A stretch of DNA of 64,000 nucleotides from an uncultured virus (IMG/VR IMGVR_UViG_3300035183_001077) (Duplodnaviria; Heunggongvirae; Uroviricota; Caudoviricetes): IMG/VR virus record IMGVR_UViG_3300035183_001077; one strand, given 5' to 3'. Below the pieces are notes generated by a model. It was given only the letters and a program-made list of their open reading frames with translations, was not told where the DNA came from and did no database searches. Numbering within the stretch: the stretch's first letter is position 1; the number at the start of each line of letters is the position of its first letter. A program made the position numbers and the translations under genes. This document shows, piece by piece, positions 49,424-58,438 of the stretch.

Positions 49424-50575
49424 CTATTTCATGATTTTTAAATTCCTGAGAATATTCATAAGTTTAGTTTTTACTTCAGGTATTTGCCATACGGGATTAT
49501 ATTCGGTAACGCTGGAATATTCAGGCTTGTTCACTTCCATTTCCCATTCTAATAATTTCCTGGCAAAATATATTGCTAAATCGAAATAAGTCATATCGCA
49601 TAATTTATCAACGAAAGCCCAGCATCGTTTCCAGACTGAATAATTATTAAAATTCCTACCTTTCTGATAATCAATCATAGATGATAAAGCAAGATAAATA
49701 AGACCGTCTTCCTTTGGTAACAGATTTATGTTTTCAAACAGTTCAGACGGTCTGGGTACTTTCAGATTACTTACAAAGTTTTTCCACGCTCCTGTAACTT
49801 CATCACCAACACAGGCGACAATAACTTCCGGGGAGTCTTCTGTTAAATCATAATTGTACTGCAATAATGCTCCCAACATACGGCTGGCAAAGTCCCACGT
49901 TCTTTTACCAGCCCATGCCTGATTTTCGACTGGATTGGTTCTATAACATTGCGGGTACGCCCTCAGGAATGTTATTATGATTTGCCTGGCCTCTTTCCAT
50001 ATCGCAGGATCCAGTTCTTCATATACTTTTATATTTTCGTACTTCTGACCAGTCCAATACTCACTAAATCCCTCAAGCCATTCCTCATAATCATCCTCCC
50101 AGTTTACATGAACAAACCTGGAAGACAACGGTGGAGCAAGGGGTGTTCCATCAACAGCTTCTTCTACCGGATTAGCCGCTGCAAACCTTCTAACATGAGG
50201 ATGAATCGTAAAATCTCCAACTACACCATCCAGAATCACTCCAAGCAAAGCAGCCTGGATAGAATATCGGCAGGTAGTTAATTCATCTATAAATAAAATT
50301 GCTTTCTCGCCATTCAGGGCTGCTTCATGCAGTTCAACAGCCCATTTAGGCGGTTTGGCTTCAGTAAATCCATTGCTCGGCACAAGGCATCCTGTAAAAT
50401 CAACAGAATCTCTTTGTGATGGATGCAGAATCTTTAATTTAGCACCAACACATTTTGCGAAATGCTTAATTGTAGCCGACTTACCAACCTGAGCTGAACC
50501 ATAGAAAAGAATAGGTACGTTGGCAGTATACGCTAATTTTAGAAATTTTATATTCCTGGATTCTTTTCCATTCAT
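49424..50575 (-). CDS. MoxR-like AAA+ ATPase
   Basis: Walker A GSAQVGKS, Walker B ILFIDE, AAAN sensor 1, LSSRFVH arginine finger, RTW. Confidence 0.85.
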   Translation of the reverse strand: MNGKESRNIKFLKLAYTANVPILFYGSAQVGKSATIKHFAKCVGAKLKILHPSQRDSVDFTGCLVPSNGFTEAKPPKWAVELHEAALNGEKAILFIDELTTCRYSIQAALLGVILDGVVGDFTIHPHVRRFAAANPVEEAVDGTPLAPPLSSRFVHVNWEDDYEEWLEGFSEYWTGQKYENIKVYEELDPAIWKEARQIIITFLRAYPQCYRTNPVENQAWAGKRTWDFASRMLGALLQYNYDLTEDSPEVIVACVGDEVTGAWKNFVSNLKVPRPSELFENINLLPKEDGLIYLALSSMIDYQKGRNFNNYSVWKRCWAFVDKLCDMTYFDLAIYFARKLLEWEMEVNKPEYSSVTEYNPVWQIPEVKTKLMNILRNLKIMK

Positions 50576-50596
50576 ACGTCTCCTTTCTTTTCTAGT

Positions 50597-51826
50597 TTAG
50601 AATAGGAAATTTACTATTTCTCTATCAGAGACTAATTTGGACTTATTAACTTTCAATGGATTTGCTGAAATTATCGTTAATTCTCTTTCAAAATCGGACT
50701 GAATTTGCAAATCAATAGAATGCGTTGCGAAACAGACCAGACTTTGAAATAGTTGCGGGTTATTCCAGTTAAGTTTGTTTGGTTCCATCCATCTTGAATT
50801 TAGACAATGTTCAAGATCTCTCATAAAACTTAGATTTTCAGATTTCATATAACTATATGTAATTACAAATAAGCTGTTTTCATAATAATAATAGTCAGTA
50901 AATAACCTGAATGTATCAGACCTTAAGGCAGGTACCTTTTCTTGTTCTTGATTACTGCCGGTTATAGAAACGACTTTTTCTTCATTTAATAGAAACAAAG
51001 TATCTTCAGTTGTAACACACGTTGGGCAACAACTCCACCTGCTTTCATAAGTATTATCTCTAAACCTAATTTTCAACGTTCTTTTTTCCGGAGCATAACA
51101 CGCCAGTACGTCTGGGCCAGCAAATATAGCACCCGAAACAGTAGATATTTCCTGGGAGGTAATATTTTCTATTCTAGCATTTGGGTTGGCTATAATTACG
51201 GGAATAGCTAATTCTGAATTACCACGTGCTGCTACATGAGTAAACCATATCCAAAGTTCATCGCCATAAGTATTGGCCGTTATAAAAGTCTCGATATTAT
51301 TGCAAAATGGCTGTTTTATAGAATGTAAATGATCGAGTGGAATTTCTGTGCAACTATATTTACCGTTACTTATTTTATGCCATGTGATAACATAAGGAGA
51401 TCTACGACGTACCGAAATTAACGAAAGCGATAAATTGTCAACATTTTTTATCGGTAATATTAAATCAGAAATAAAATGGTCGTAAACGTCAAGTTTATGT
51501 TCATTTCTATCTATTTTTAACAAATAAACTTCAAATTTCCTGTCTACGAAAGACCTGAATTTTATTAAATAAAAGAAAAGTGAATTTTCTAACGCCAATG
51601 AATTTATCAAAGGTATAGTACTACTTGGATGGCGTAAATAGTTGTGCTTTATCCATTTCAGCAGCTTTTTTTCTGTGTCTAATTCATACACAAGTCGGGA
51701 ATCCTGATACGACACATGGTCGTTGCAATACGAAAAGTTTTCTTCAACAAGACAAACTTTTTTGTCTTGACAAATTAAGGAAAAATCAGTAAGTTTAAAA
51801 CAATCGTCTGCAATTTGTATTTTCAT
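50597..51826 (-). CDS. hypothetical beta-rich protein (start likely ATG 51826 rather than 51895)
   Basis: ATGA overlap with the vWA gene stop; lies between vWA and AAA genes. Confidence 0.6.
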   Translation of the reverse strand: MKIQIADDCFKLTDFSLICQDKKVCLVEENFSYCNDHVSYQDSRLVYELDTEKKLLKWIKHNYLRHPSSTIPLINSLALENSLFFYLIKFRSFVDRKFEVYLLKIDRNEHKLDVYDHFISDLILPIKNVDNLSLSLISVRRRSPYVITWHKISNGKYSCTEIPLDHLHSIKQPFCNNIETFITANTYGDELWIWFTHVAARGNSELAIPVIIANPNARIENITSQEISTVSGAIFAGPDVLACYAPEKRTLKIRFRDNTYESRWSCCPTCVTTEDTLFLLNEEKVVSITGSNQEQEKVPALRSDTFRLFTDYYYYENSLFVITYSYMKSENLSFMRDLEHCLNSRWMEPNKLNWNNPQLFQSLVCFATHSIDLQIQSDFERELTIISANPLKVNKSKLVSDREIVNFLF

Positions 51827-53496
51827 ACCTGCACCACCTTGAAGAACGATGGAGCTTGTTTGCCCCATTCTTCTGCACCAACGTTGATTACACAAACGTA
51901 AATTCCCTCAGGTGGCGAACTTGGCCACTCAGTTTCACAATCTGTAACTACGAACAGAAACTTTGTATCTGGCATCGAAGTTTTAATCTTTTCAATCATT
52001 ACTTCGATTGCGGCGTCCATAGCTGTGCCGCCGCCCTGGGTAACGGTCGATAAAACATCTGATATGTTCGCACATTGTGTCAAATCTAATTCTCTGCAAA
52101 TATCGGTATCAAACTCTACCAGTTTAGCGACATTTAAGAATTTAGCCAAATTTAAGATAGCTCCAACGGCTTTGGCTGTTCTATCATAATCTTTCTCAAC
52201 AATAGATGTCATCGAACCTGATACGTCTAAAACGATGGCAGCTTTTGGCCCGCAGTATATGATACTTGGATCAAGTATTTCTGAAAAGGAGTAGCGTTTT
52301 GGTCTGGACCAATCAACATCAGTATAGAAATCATTTTGAACGGTAAGAGAATGATGATGCGCCTGAACAAGAAAATCGAGAATTTGATAATAAATATCTT
52401 CTACGGTCATAGGCTGAACTTTCTTTAAATAACCAGGCAAATGATCTGTTCCGATGCCATCTTTCTTTGCTAAATGCTGAAGTATTTCCTCCATCCAGTA
52501 TTTCTTAAATACAGATTCCAAACCGGAAAGTTCGCTATCATTAATTTTCCCATCATTAGCCTGACCGGAATTTTTGCTTTGTTCATCTTGTTCACCGGAA
52601 CCGCTGCTATCCATCAATTCTTTAAGAAACTCTTCCAGGTCTTTATGACCGGCGGAATCATAAAGGGTTTTCCAATCTTTAATTAGTTCATCTACGAATT
52701 TTTCATAATCTTCCTTAGAACATCCAGAACCGGACGACTGCTGCTGATCGTTGCCGGAATTTTCGCCTGAACCTTGTGAATCAGACTGCTGAGATTTGGA
52801 TTTTTTCTTACTTTTACCACTGGATTGACTTGTGGAAGTATTAGTTCCAGAAGACTGGCTGTTTGTTGAAGAGCTAGAGCTGCTCGAAGAAGAACTAGAC
52901 GAAGGCATAACGTTAACAGGCATTTGAGGTTGCTGCTGTGTTTGCTGATTCAGTAAACGCTCGAAGAGAGAACATATACAATCAAGCATCATCTCAAGAG
53001 TCATACTCTTAAGGTCATATTTAACGTTTTTAACATTAGCTTTTTTTGCAAGGTTATCAACTAACTGTTGTACTGTATCGAAAGTAATAACAACACCGTG
53101 TTTATGCAACTCCGGATCAGACAAATTGATTGAAGTACAAAGTTTGACAGCTAAATCGTTCACAATAGCGTCAGCACAAATCTGAGAAACTGCTAATATG
53201 AGCGTTCGTGGTATATTATATATGCAACTCTTCAAATAATATGCCATACGTTCAGGGTGTTCGAGCAACCAGTGCAAAATTTCATGAACTAAAGTGAACT
53301 TGCGATCATGTTTGGAAAAATCTGGTTGACAAACTTTCTCATGTATTTGAATATCATAACATGTAGCACAGCCAAGAAAGCCTTTCTCTCCCGATACGAT
53401 ACGGATGGGGTAAGGGCGGGCAAGAGGAGGACATTCTTCCCATACTGATAGTTTCGACGCACTTAGATAATCTTCCATCGTTGCTGTTTGTGCCAT
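51823..53496 (-). CDS. metallopeptidase-like (HExxH) plus vWA domain protein (DUF2201-like); start likely 53496
   Basis: HEILH, D..VN, S/G/Q-rich linker, DVSGSM MIDAS, GGGT, VVTD; AGGAGG RBS. Confidence 0.85.
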   Translation of the reverse strand: MAQTATMEDYLSASKLSVWEECPPLARPYPIRIVSGEKGFLGCATCYDIQIHEKVCQPDFSKHDRKFTLVHEILHWLLEHPERMAYYLKSCIYNIPRTLILAVSQICADAIVNDLAVKLCTSINLSDPELHKHGVVITFDTVQQLVDNLAKKANVKNVKYDLKSMTLEMMLDCICSLFERLLNQQTQQQPQMPVNVMPSSSSSSSSSSSSTNSQSSGTNTSTSQSSGKSKKKSKSQQSDSQGSGENSGNDQQQSSGSGCSKEDYEKFVDELIKDWKTLYDSAGHKDLEEFLKELMDSSGSGEQDEQSKNSGQANDGKINDSELSGLESVFKKYWMEEILQHLAKKDGIGTDHLPGYLKKVQPMTVEDIYYQILDFLVQAHHHSLTVQNDFYTDVDWSRPKRYSFSEILDPSIIYCGPKAAIVLDVSGSMTSIVEKDYDRTAKAVGAILNLAKFLNVAKLVEFDTDICRELDLTQCANISDVLSTVTQGGGTAMDAAIEVMIEKIKTSMPDTKFLFVVTDCETEWPSSPPEGIYVCVINVGAEEWGKQAPSFFKVVQV

Positions 53497-53512
53497 ACCT
53501 TTCCTCCTATCG

Positions 53513-54733
53513 TTACTGTAAGCGACTGATTTTTGCAAAGATTTTCTTAACTTCCGGATCGTTTAATACATCAAGATACTTCTGGATATTGAATGCGATG
53601 TTATTCTGGCACAGCAGTCTTGGTACATCACGTATTGTCATGCAAACCAGGTCAGAACCAAGCTTTTGACCAGTCAGAGCTAATTCGCTTAACTTGAAAA
53701 CTGTACTCATTTCCTTGTCAATCTTATCACCTAAAGAATTGAGGAATTTAGGTTGATTTTTGAAAGTCGGATCTTCAAACAAACGGACAGCTTTTTCGAT
53801 AGCATGAGATACTAACATTTTCAAGCAACCATAGGCTTGAGAGGACGAAAGTTTAGTAATTATCGTTGGATTATCAACAAGTTCAGCTACAGATGGTAAT
53901 CGCCAGTTATTGAGAAACGCCACCAGGGCAGAGAAAGCCTCATGACCGACTGTAGAGGCGAAGGCATACTCCAGGGATGAGCCTTTCAGGTTGATACCTT
54001 TAGAAGCAGCCAGACGGCAACCCAAATCCCATGTTCTTTGGCAAGGCCAAGGACTTTGAATTACTCCTTGCGGGAGGGCGAACAACAGATTGGGATGTTG
54101 TTTAATAAATTCAGCAATAGTTGTCCGCCACCATTCGTAATTTTTCAAATATTCTTCATCCAAGCGAACCACCTCGACTGGGTTGCCCCAATATACTGGA
54201 AAGTTATTGACGAAATCATCAATTGACGGCTCGAACCAGTAATGAGCCACACGAGAAAGTACTGCCATTGACAACAACATAACGCCGGTACCACTCTGAG
54301 TCGGATTACCGGCAGCAATAATTACGCAATTTCTTGGTAGAGGATATCCACCAACCCGACGGGATGTTAAGATATTCTGAATTGCACGAAGTACACGAAC
54401 ATCGCTGCTGTTTAATTCATCAAAGAACAGCACGACGTATTTATGAGTTTTAGCATGTTTATGAAGCTCTGCAAACCATTTCTCTACGTGAACGTTTACC
54501 GGAGTAAGGTCTTCACCACCCTTTGGCGGGCTACGCCATCCGGCAAATTCTGCGGGTTCAGATTGAGAAGCGATAAGCACTACAACATGAGCTCCAGCTT
54601 GCTTTGCATCGTATTCGACACGGGAAGTTTTGCCAACACCAGGATGACCCCACAGGAAAACAGGGCAGCAGGAAGCAGCGTGAATCAGATTATTTTCAAA
54701 AGACCATTTGGGCATGCTTTGCTTTTGGGACAT
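53513..54733 (-). CDS. MoxR-like AAA+ ATPase
   Basis: GHPGVGKT, LFFDELN, AAGNP, LSRVAH, PWPCQRTW; AGGAGG RBS. Confidence 0.85.
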   Translation of the reverse strand: MSQKQSMPKWSFENNLIHAASCCPVFLWGHPGVGKTSRVEYDAKQAGAHVVVLIASQSEPAEFAGWRSPPKGGEDLTPVNVHVEKWFAELHKHAKTHKYVVLFFDELNSSDVRVLRAIQNILTSRRVGGYPLPRNCVIIAAGNPTQSGTGVMLLSMAVLSRVAHYWFEPSIDDFVNNFPVYWGNPVEVVRLDEEYLKNYEWWRTTIAEFIKQHPNLLFALPQGVIQSPWPCQRTWDLGCRLAASKGINLKGSSLEYAFASTVGHEAFSALVAFLNNWRLPSVAELVDNPTIITKLSSSQAYGCLKMLVSHAIEKAVRLFEDPTFKNQPKFLNSLGDKIDKEMSTVFKLSELALTGQKLGSDLVCMTIRDVPRLLCQNNIAFNIQKYLDVLNDPEVKKIFAKISRLQ

Positions 54734-54769
54734 ACTTTCATCCTCCTGCTTGTTGTCTGCTTTTGTAAA

Positions 54770-54804
54770 AATCTAAAAATGAGCGCGGAGGAAAACCCGC
54801 GCTC
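54770..54804 (-). terminator. intrinsic terminator
   Basis: GAGCGCGG/CCGCGCTC 8-bp stem followed on the - strand by ATTTTTAGATTTTT. Confidence 0.7.
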
Positions 54805-54829
54805 GGCTAAACCAGTACCCCCGGCTGTA

Positions 54830-54925
54830 TTAGTTACCCAGCAATACCAGGAATTGCTGGCCTACTAAGTACAGCACGGCTAGGGTAACGGCAAGCCAGA
54901 AACCAATGGCAAATGAATCTTGCAT
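54830..54925 (-). CDS. 31-aa single-TM peptide (absent from ORF track)
   Basis: CAGGAGGT RBS; MQDSFAIGFWLAVTLAVLYLVGQQFLVLLGN. Confidence 0.6.
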   Translation of the reverse strand: MQDSFAIGFWLAVTLAVLYLVGQQFLVLLGN

Positions 54926-54984
54926 AAAGCGACCTCCTGTAAGGGTTAATGAATGCCAGCCTGCCATTAGGCTGGTAATGCTTT

Positions 54985-55083
54985 CTAGTTGCTGCTAAAT
55001 GCCATGCATAGCATCATAACTATGTATAACACTCCTATAACCAGAATTGCCAACGCTGCCACATCCATGAGCGTATCTTTCAC
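54985..55083 (-). CDS. 32-aa single-TM peptide (alternative start ATG 55068)
   Basis: (M)KDTLMDVAALAILVIGVLYIVMMLCMAFSSN; weak RBS. Confidence 0.5.
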   Translation of the reverse strand: MKDTLMDVAALAILVIGVLYIVMMLCMAFSSN

Positions 55084-55109
55084 CTTGTTTTTCCCTGTTT
55101 TATATATTC

Positions 55110-55248
55110 AAAAGGCAGCCGTGATAGAGACCACCTCTATCACACTGGCACACTACTTTGGATACTAGCACCGCACGGTCGGTACTATCCATCCCGCCTC
55201 TCTTTCCCAGTAGTGTACCAGGATTTGTCGGCTGCCGGTCGCCTCGCC
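55110..55248 (-). ncRNA. candidate multi-stem structured RNA or 5' leader
   Basis: Four nested helices directly behind a consensus promoter, ending in TTTT. Confidence 0.55.
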
Positions 55249-55254
55249 TATCTG

Positions 55255-55283
55255 ATTGTAACGGCTACTTAGCAGTTTGTCAA
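55255..55283 (-). promoter_or_regulatory. sigma-70-type promoter
   Basis: TTGACA-17 nt-TACAAT. Confidence 0.8.
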
Positions 55284-55408
55284 CCGAAAATCACACTCAG
55301 AATCATTCTTAAGACATTGAATGCTAGTAAGACAAGAAAGATAACACCGCCTATCGTACATATACCTACCATAATTTCTATAATCTCGCCTATACCTCCG
55401 CCTCTCAT
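55280..55408 (-). CDS. 42-aa single-TM peptide (absent from ORF track)
   Basis: AGGAG RBS, ATGA overlap; MRGGGIGEIIEIMVGICTIGGVIFLVLLAFNVLRMILSVIFG. Confidence 0.6.
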   Translation of the reverse strand: MRGGGIGEIIEIMVGICTIGGVIFLVLLAFNVLRMILSVIFG

Positions 55409-55815
55409 CTTGTCTCCTGCCCTGCTTCAGCTATTAATAACTTTATAGTTTTATCTAATACATCGCAGGATACTTCAAGCAATTCTTTACGTTTTTTCAA
55501 TTTATCATACTGGTTTTTCAATCTCATATATTCCTGATTTTCTTGTAACTTTAGGATAAAAGCTGTCTTACGACTACTTTCGTTCGTATATAAAGGATTT
55601 CCTTCTTCATCAACAGCTTCTAAAATTTCCTTCAAAGTTTGCATTTGCAATAATTGCAGTTTATCCTCCAATTCGCTTAGTTTTGAACGCAGATTAACCA
55701 CTTTCTTTTTAAGATTTTCATATTTGGAAAGGAAAGAGAAATACTGTATGTCTGGTAGTTTTAGCATATTTGTGTCATACTGACTCATCATCTGAATCAA
55801 CATAAAAGATTTCAC
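55405..55815 (-). CDS. coiled-coil hypothetical protein (true start probably internal, MLKLP)
   Basis: Two heptad helices flanking LYTNESSRK. Confidence 0.6.
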   Translation of the reverse strand: MKSFMLIQMMSQYDTNMLKLPDIQYFSFLSKYENLKKKVVNLRSKLSELEDKLQLLQMQTLKEILEAVDEEGNPLYTNESSRKTAFILKLQENQEYMRLKNQYDKLKKRKELLEVSCDVLDKTIKLLIAEAGQETR

Positions 55816-56101
55816 TTAAGTCCAATCCTAAATCTTCGAGTGATACCCAACCTTGTGGGACAATATAAATGTCCTGTGCAGGATTAAATGCTAAACTTTT
55901 TGCACCATCAAGTATATCACTTTCAAAATTAAGGAGTGCCTGGATAAGTTTTTTCTTGAATTGGCTAGGTTCATCAACCTCGAATTCACCTGCTATGAAA
56001 TATCTGTCAAGATCGTCATCGTACAGCACAGGATCGCGCACCACAATATACAATTTACCAGCAAGAGTTTTTGCCTGATCTTTGGCCACTTGTTTCGACA
56101 T
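55775..56101 (-). CDS. acidic hypothetical protein, paralogue of 56133 (start 56101)
   Basis: AGGAG RBS before MSKQ; DRYFIAG.FE, FNP.QDI, W..LEDL. Confidence 0.7.
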   Translation of the reverse strand: MSKQVAKDQAKTLAGKLYIVVRDPVLYDDDLDRYFIAGEFEVDEPSQFKKKLIQALLNFESDILDGAKSLAFNPAQDIYIVPQGWVSLEDLGLDLSEIFYVDSDDESV

Positions 56102-56132
56102 ACTCTTCTCCTTTCCTCTTGTTTGCATGTGT

Positions 56133-56480
56133 TTAATCTTCATCACTTTCATCACCTTCATTATCATCTTCTTCTTCAAAAAGTATCTGATTTATATCTT
56201 CACTCATATCCAAATCTTCTAGAGTAAGCCAGGATAATTCAGGAATGATAATGATATCCTGATCGGGGTTAAATTCTTCCATGTTTTCAAGATTACTAAG
56301 TATTTCTTCCTTCAAGCTATTGAGGGCTAACAACAATTCAGGTTTGAATGTTCCTGGTGATTCTATTTCAAAAACACCAGCAACAAAATATCGGTCTCCC
56401 ATATCAGGTAGATAATCACGAATCAAAACATAAAAAGTACCTGTTAATTTCTTTGCATCTTTATCGGTCAGAGGTTTCAT
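56133..56480 (-). CDS. acidic hypothetical protein, paralogue of 55775
   Basis: DRYFVAG.FE, FNPDQDI, WLTLEDL; acidic tail. Confidence 0.7.
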   Translation of the reverse strand: MKPLTDKDAKKLTGTFYVLIRDYLPDMGDRYFVAGVFEIESPGTFKPELLLALNSLKEEILSNLENMEEFNPDQDIIIIPELSWLTLEDLDMSEDINQILFEEEDDNEGDESDED

Positions 56481-56545
56481 AGCTCTACCCCTTTCTATTC
56501 TGTTTGGTGATAATCGAACTAATTGAAAATCAATTTATAACAAAG

Positions 56546-57340
56546 TTATTCATTGCTCTTTTTTGGATTACTGCGAGCTTTTGCAGAAGCAATGTCGGGT
56601 TCATCAAGTTCTTCATTTTCTTCAATGGTAACAAAGCCCTTTTGATAACGCCTTTTAATAATATCGTCTAAGCTGCGAATGGCATGTTTAACTTCTTCGT
56701 CAACGTCATTACTTTCTGAAGTAATTTCAGCAGTTGGAGACACGTCATCTTCATAATAATCGGTTTCTCCAGTAGCTAATTCGGAAGTTACATTTGCAGA
56801 AGGAGAAGCCTTTTCATGCTCTTCCATATCAACGGTTTCTGGTTCTTCTTGTTCAACCTCTTCCTGATATGGTTGAACGTTTTGAACAGGGGAAGAAGTG
56901 CTTTCTTCTTCTGCCTGTGCGGGAAGAACTAGATAAACCGTTCCGACATAAATATTATTAAATAGCATATTTTTAGCAAACCACACCAGCTTTTTCAAAG
57001 CATTGAGCGTTAAGGCGTGTGGTTTACCATCTGCGGGGTTTTTACCACGGCGTTTAACCTCAGTACGGAATTGCTGGAAATCCTTTTGGAAAGAATCAAT
57101 AAAGTCATCAAGAGAAACGGACTTCCTGTCGGGATGTTCCAAAGCTGACATTTCAACGTTTGCAGGATCAACATGATACTTCCATTTCAGGTAGTCCGTA
57201 AGTTGGCGAATAGAACCTTTGACAAACAAATTAACATCTGTTGGCTTACGGCCCTGACCGCCAACTTGAGAAAAGACCTGCACGTACCGATCCAGGAAAG
57301 ACTTGGTGAATTGCTCAAAAGTCGTGGTAGCGCTACTCAT
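56546..57340 (-). CDS. hypothetical protein with acidic disordered C-terminal half
   Basis: GGGAGG RBS; first gene behind the 57391 promoter. Confidence 0.7.
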   Translation of the reverse strand: MSSATTTFEQFTKSFLDRYVQVFSQVGGQGRKPTDVNLFVKGSIRQLTDYLKWKYHVDPANVEMSALEHPDRKSVSLDDFIDSFQKDFQQFRTEVKRRGKNPADGKPHALTLNALKKLVWFAKNMLFNNIYVGTVYLVLPAQAEEESTSSPVQNVQPYQEEVEQEEPETVDMEEHEKASPSANVTSELATGETDYYEDDVSPTAEITSESNDVDEEVKHAIRSLDDIIKRRYQKGFVTIEENEELDEPDIASAKARSNPKKSNE

Positions 57341-57390
57341 ACTTGATCCTCCCTTTTTTGGTGGTAGCGGTTTTCAATCAAGCGTAATGA

Positions 57391-57419
57391 ATTGTACACG
57401 GCAAATAGAAGATTGTCAA
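57391..57419 (-). promoter_or_regulatory. sigma-70-type promoter
   Basis: TTGACA-17 nt-TACAAT. Confidence 0.8.
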
Positions 57420-57431
57420 GTAAGCCAGAAA

Positions 57432-57496
57432 TTAAAAAATTTTACCCGCAAGTGTCCCCGCGGCGGCCATCCGTGGCCACCAACGAGGACAGTAAA
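57432..57496 (-). terminator. GC-rich imperfect hairpin, possible terminator
   Basis: TGTCC...GGCCA-TCCG-TGGCC...GGACA with an A/T tract on its left; separates the Cys-rich genes from the 57391 promoter. Confidence 0.4.
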
Positions 57497-57524
57497 TTAT
57501 TCTTATAAATTTCAAGAAATTAAA

Positions 57525-58436
57525 TTAATACCAAACTTCAAGTTTTCCGCTAATACATTCATTATTTAAATAGCCCAAACCATAAACATCCTTTACCCAA
57601 TAAAACGAGTTCGATGTCGCTTCTTGTGGGCAGCCAGAATTTCCCCAGCTAAATTTTTGTATAGGAGTACATTGTGTGTTGTCAGATGTACAAAAATAGC
57701 TTATATTGAACAGATCAGGACATATCGTTGGTTTGAAATCGTAAGCAATACACATTTTTAAAAAAGTAATCATAAAAGCAGATGCTATAGAGTAATAGCA
57801 TATGTTCGGTATGTTGGAAGTTGGTGGTGGCGAATACATAATTACTCCAAAAACGAAAGCATGCCAGCAGCTGGAATCAAAATAACGTCTATTTCCGTAA
57901 ATGTCTGTTTCAGACCATTTACAAGCTGATGTTATCCAATCAGGCAGACATTGTTCTAGTTCAGTAGATCTGCCTAAATTGAAAGAACCTCTATAATATA
58001 AGGCTATTGATCTACAGGCTACGTTCAACCCCCACCACCACCATCCCCACCACCACCATCCCCACCATATCCAAATATCTTCAGGTAAACAATTTCTCCG
58101 ATCATCGCTACTTATAAATTCCCATACTGGTTCTTTAAGACACAATTGCAATGGGAAGGTATAAGTTATATCACTGTTTAAATGAAGCGATAAAGTTAAT
58201 GAAGGATAGATGAAAACATTGGAGGCGGCACATTCTTCCTTGGCATCAGGCCATTTATAGCAGTTTTTATAGTCGCAAATTGAGTCATAGTTTCGTAATT
58301 TTAGATGTTTTACTTTATAAGCATTATATGTAATGAAAGTATCTTCTTTAAATGTAGAAGTAATATAATAAATCTTTGAGGGGTTACTTACTTTTAGCGA
58401 TTTTTTGGATACTGATGATGGTTGGTTGCAAGTCAT
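57525..58436 (-). CDS. Cys/Trp-rich hypothetical protein
   Basis: Many Cys; WIWWGWWWWGWWWWG tract. Confidence 0.6.
   Translation of the reverse strand: MTCNQPSSVSKKSLKVSNPSKIYYITSTFKEDTFITYNAYKVKHLKLRNYDSICDYKNCYKWPDAKEECAASNVFIYPSLTLSLHLNSDITYTFPLQLCLKEPVWEFISSDDRRNCLPEDIWIWWGWWWWGWWWWGLNVACRSIALYYRGSFNLGRSTELEQCLPDWITSACKWSETDIYGNRRYFDSSCWHAFVFGVIMYSPPPTSNIPNICYYSIASAFMITFLKMCIAYDFKPTICPDLFNISYFCTSDNTQCTPIQKFSWGNSGCPQEATSNSFYWVKDVYGLGYLNNECISGKLEVWY
58029..58073 (-). repeat. TGG-based 15-bp tandem repeat encoding poly-Trp
   Basis: Unit GGATGGTGGTGGTGG, about 2.5 copies. Confidence 0.85.
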
Positions 58437-58438
58437 GG

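Noticed and set aside
54443..55448. + strand ORFs 54443-54868 and 55158-55448
   Set aside because: Antisense to better-supported genes, promoter and terminator; no convincing protein features
57453..57491. GGCCA-TCCG-TGGCC hairpin as a REP or IS200/IS605 end
   Set aside because: Single copy and no transposase nearby; kept only as a possible terminator
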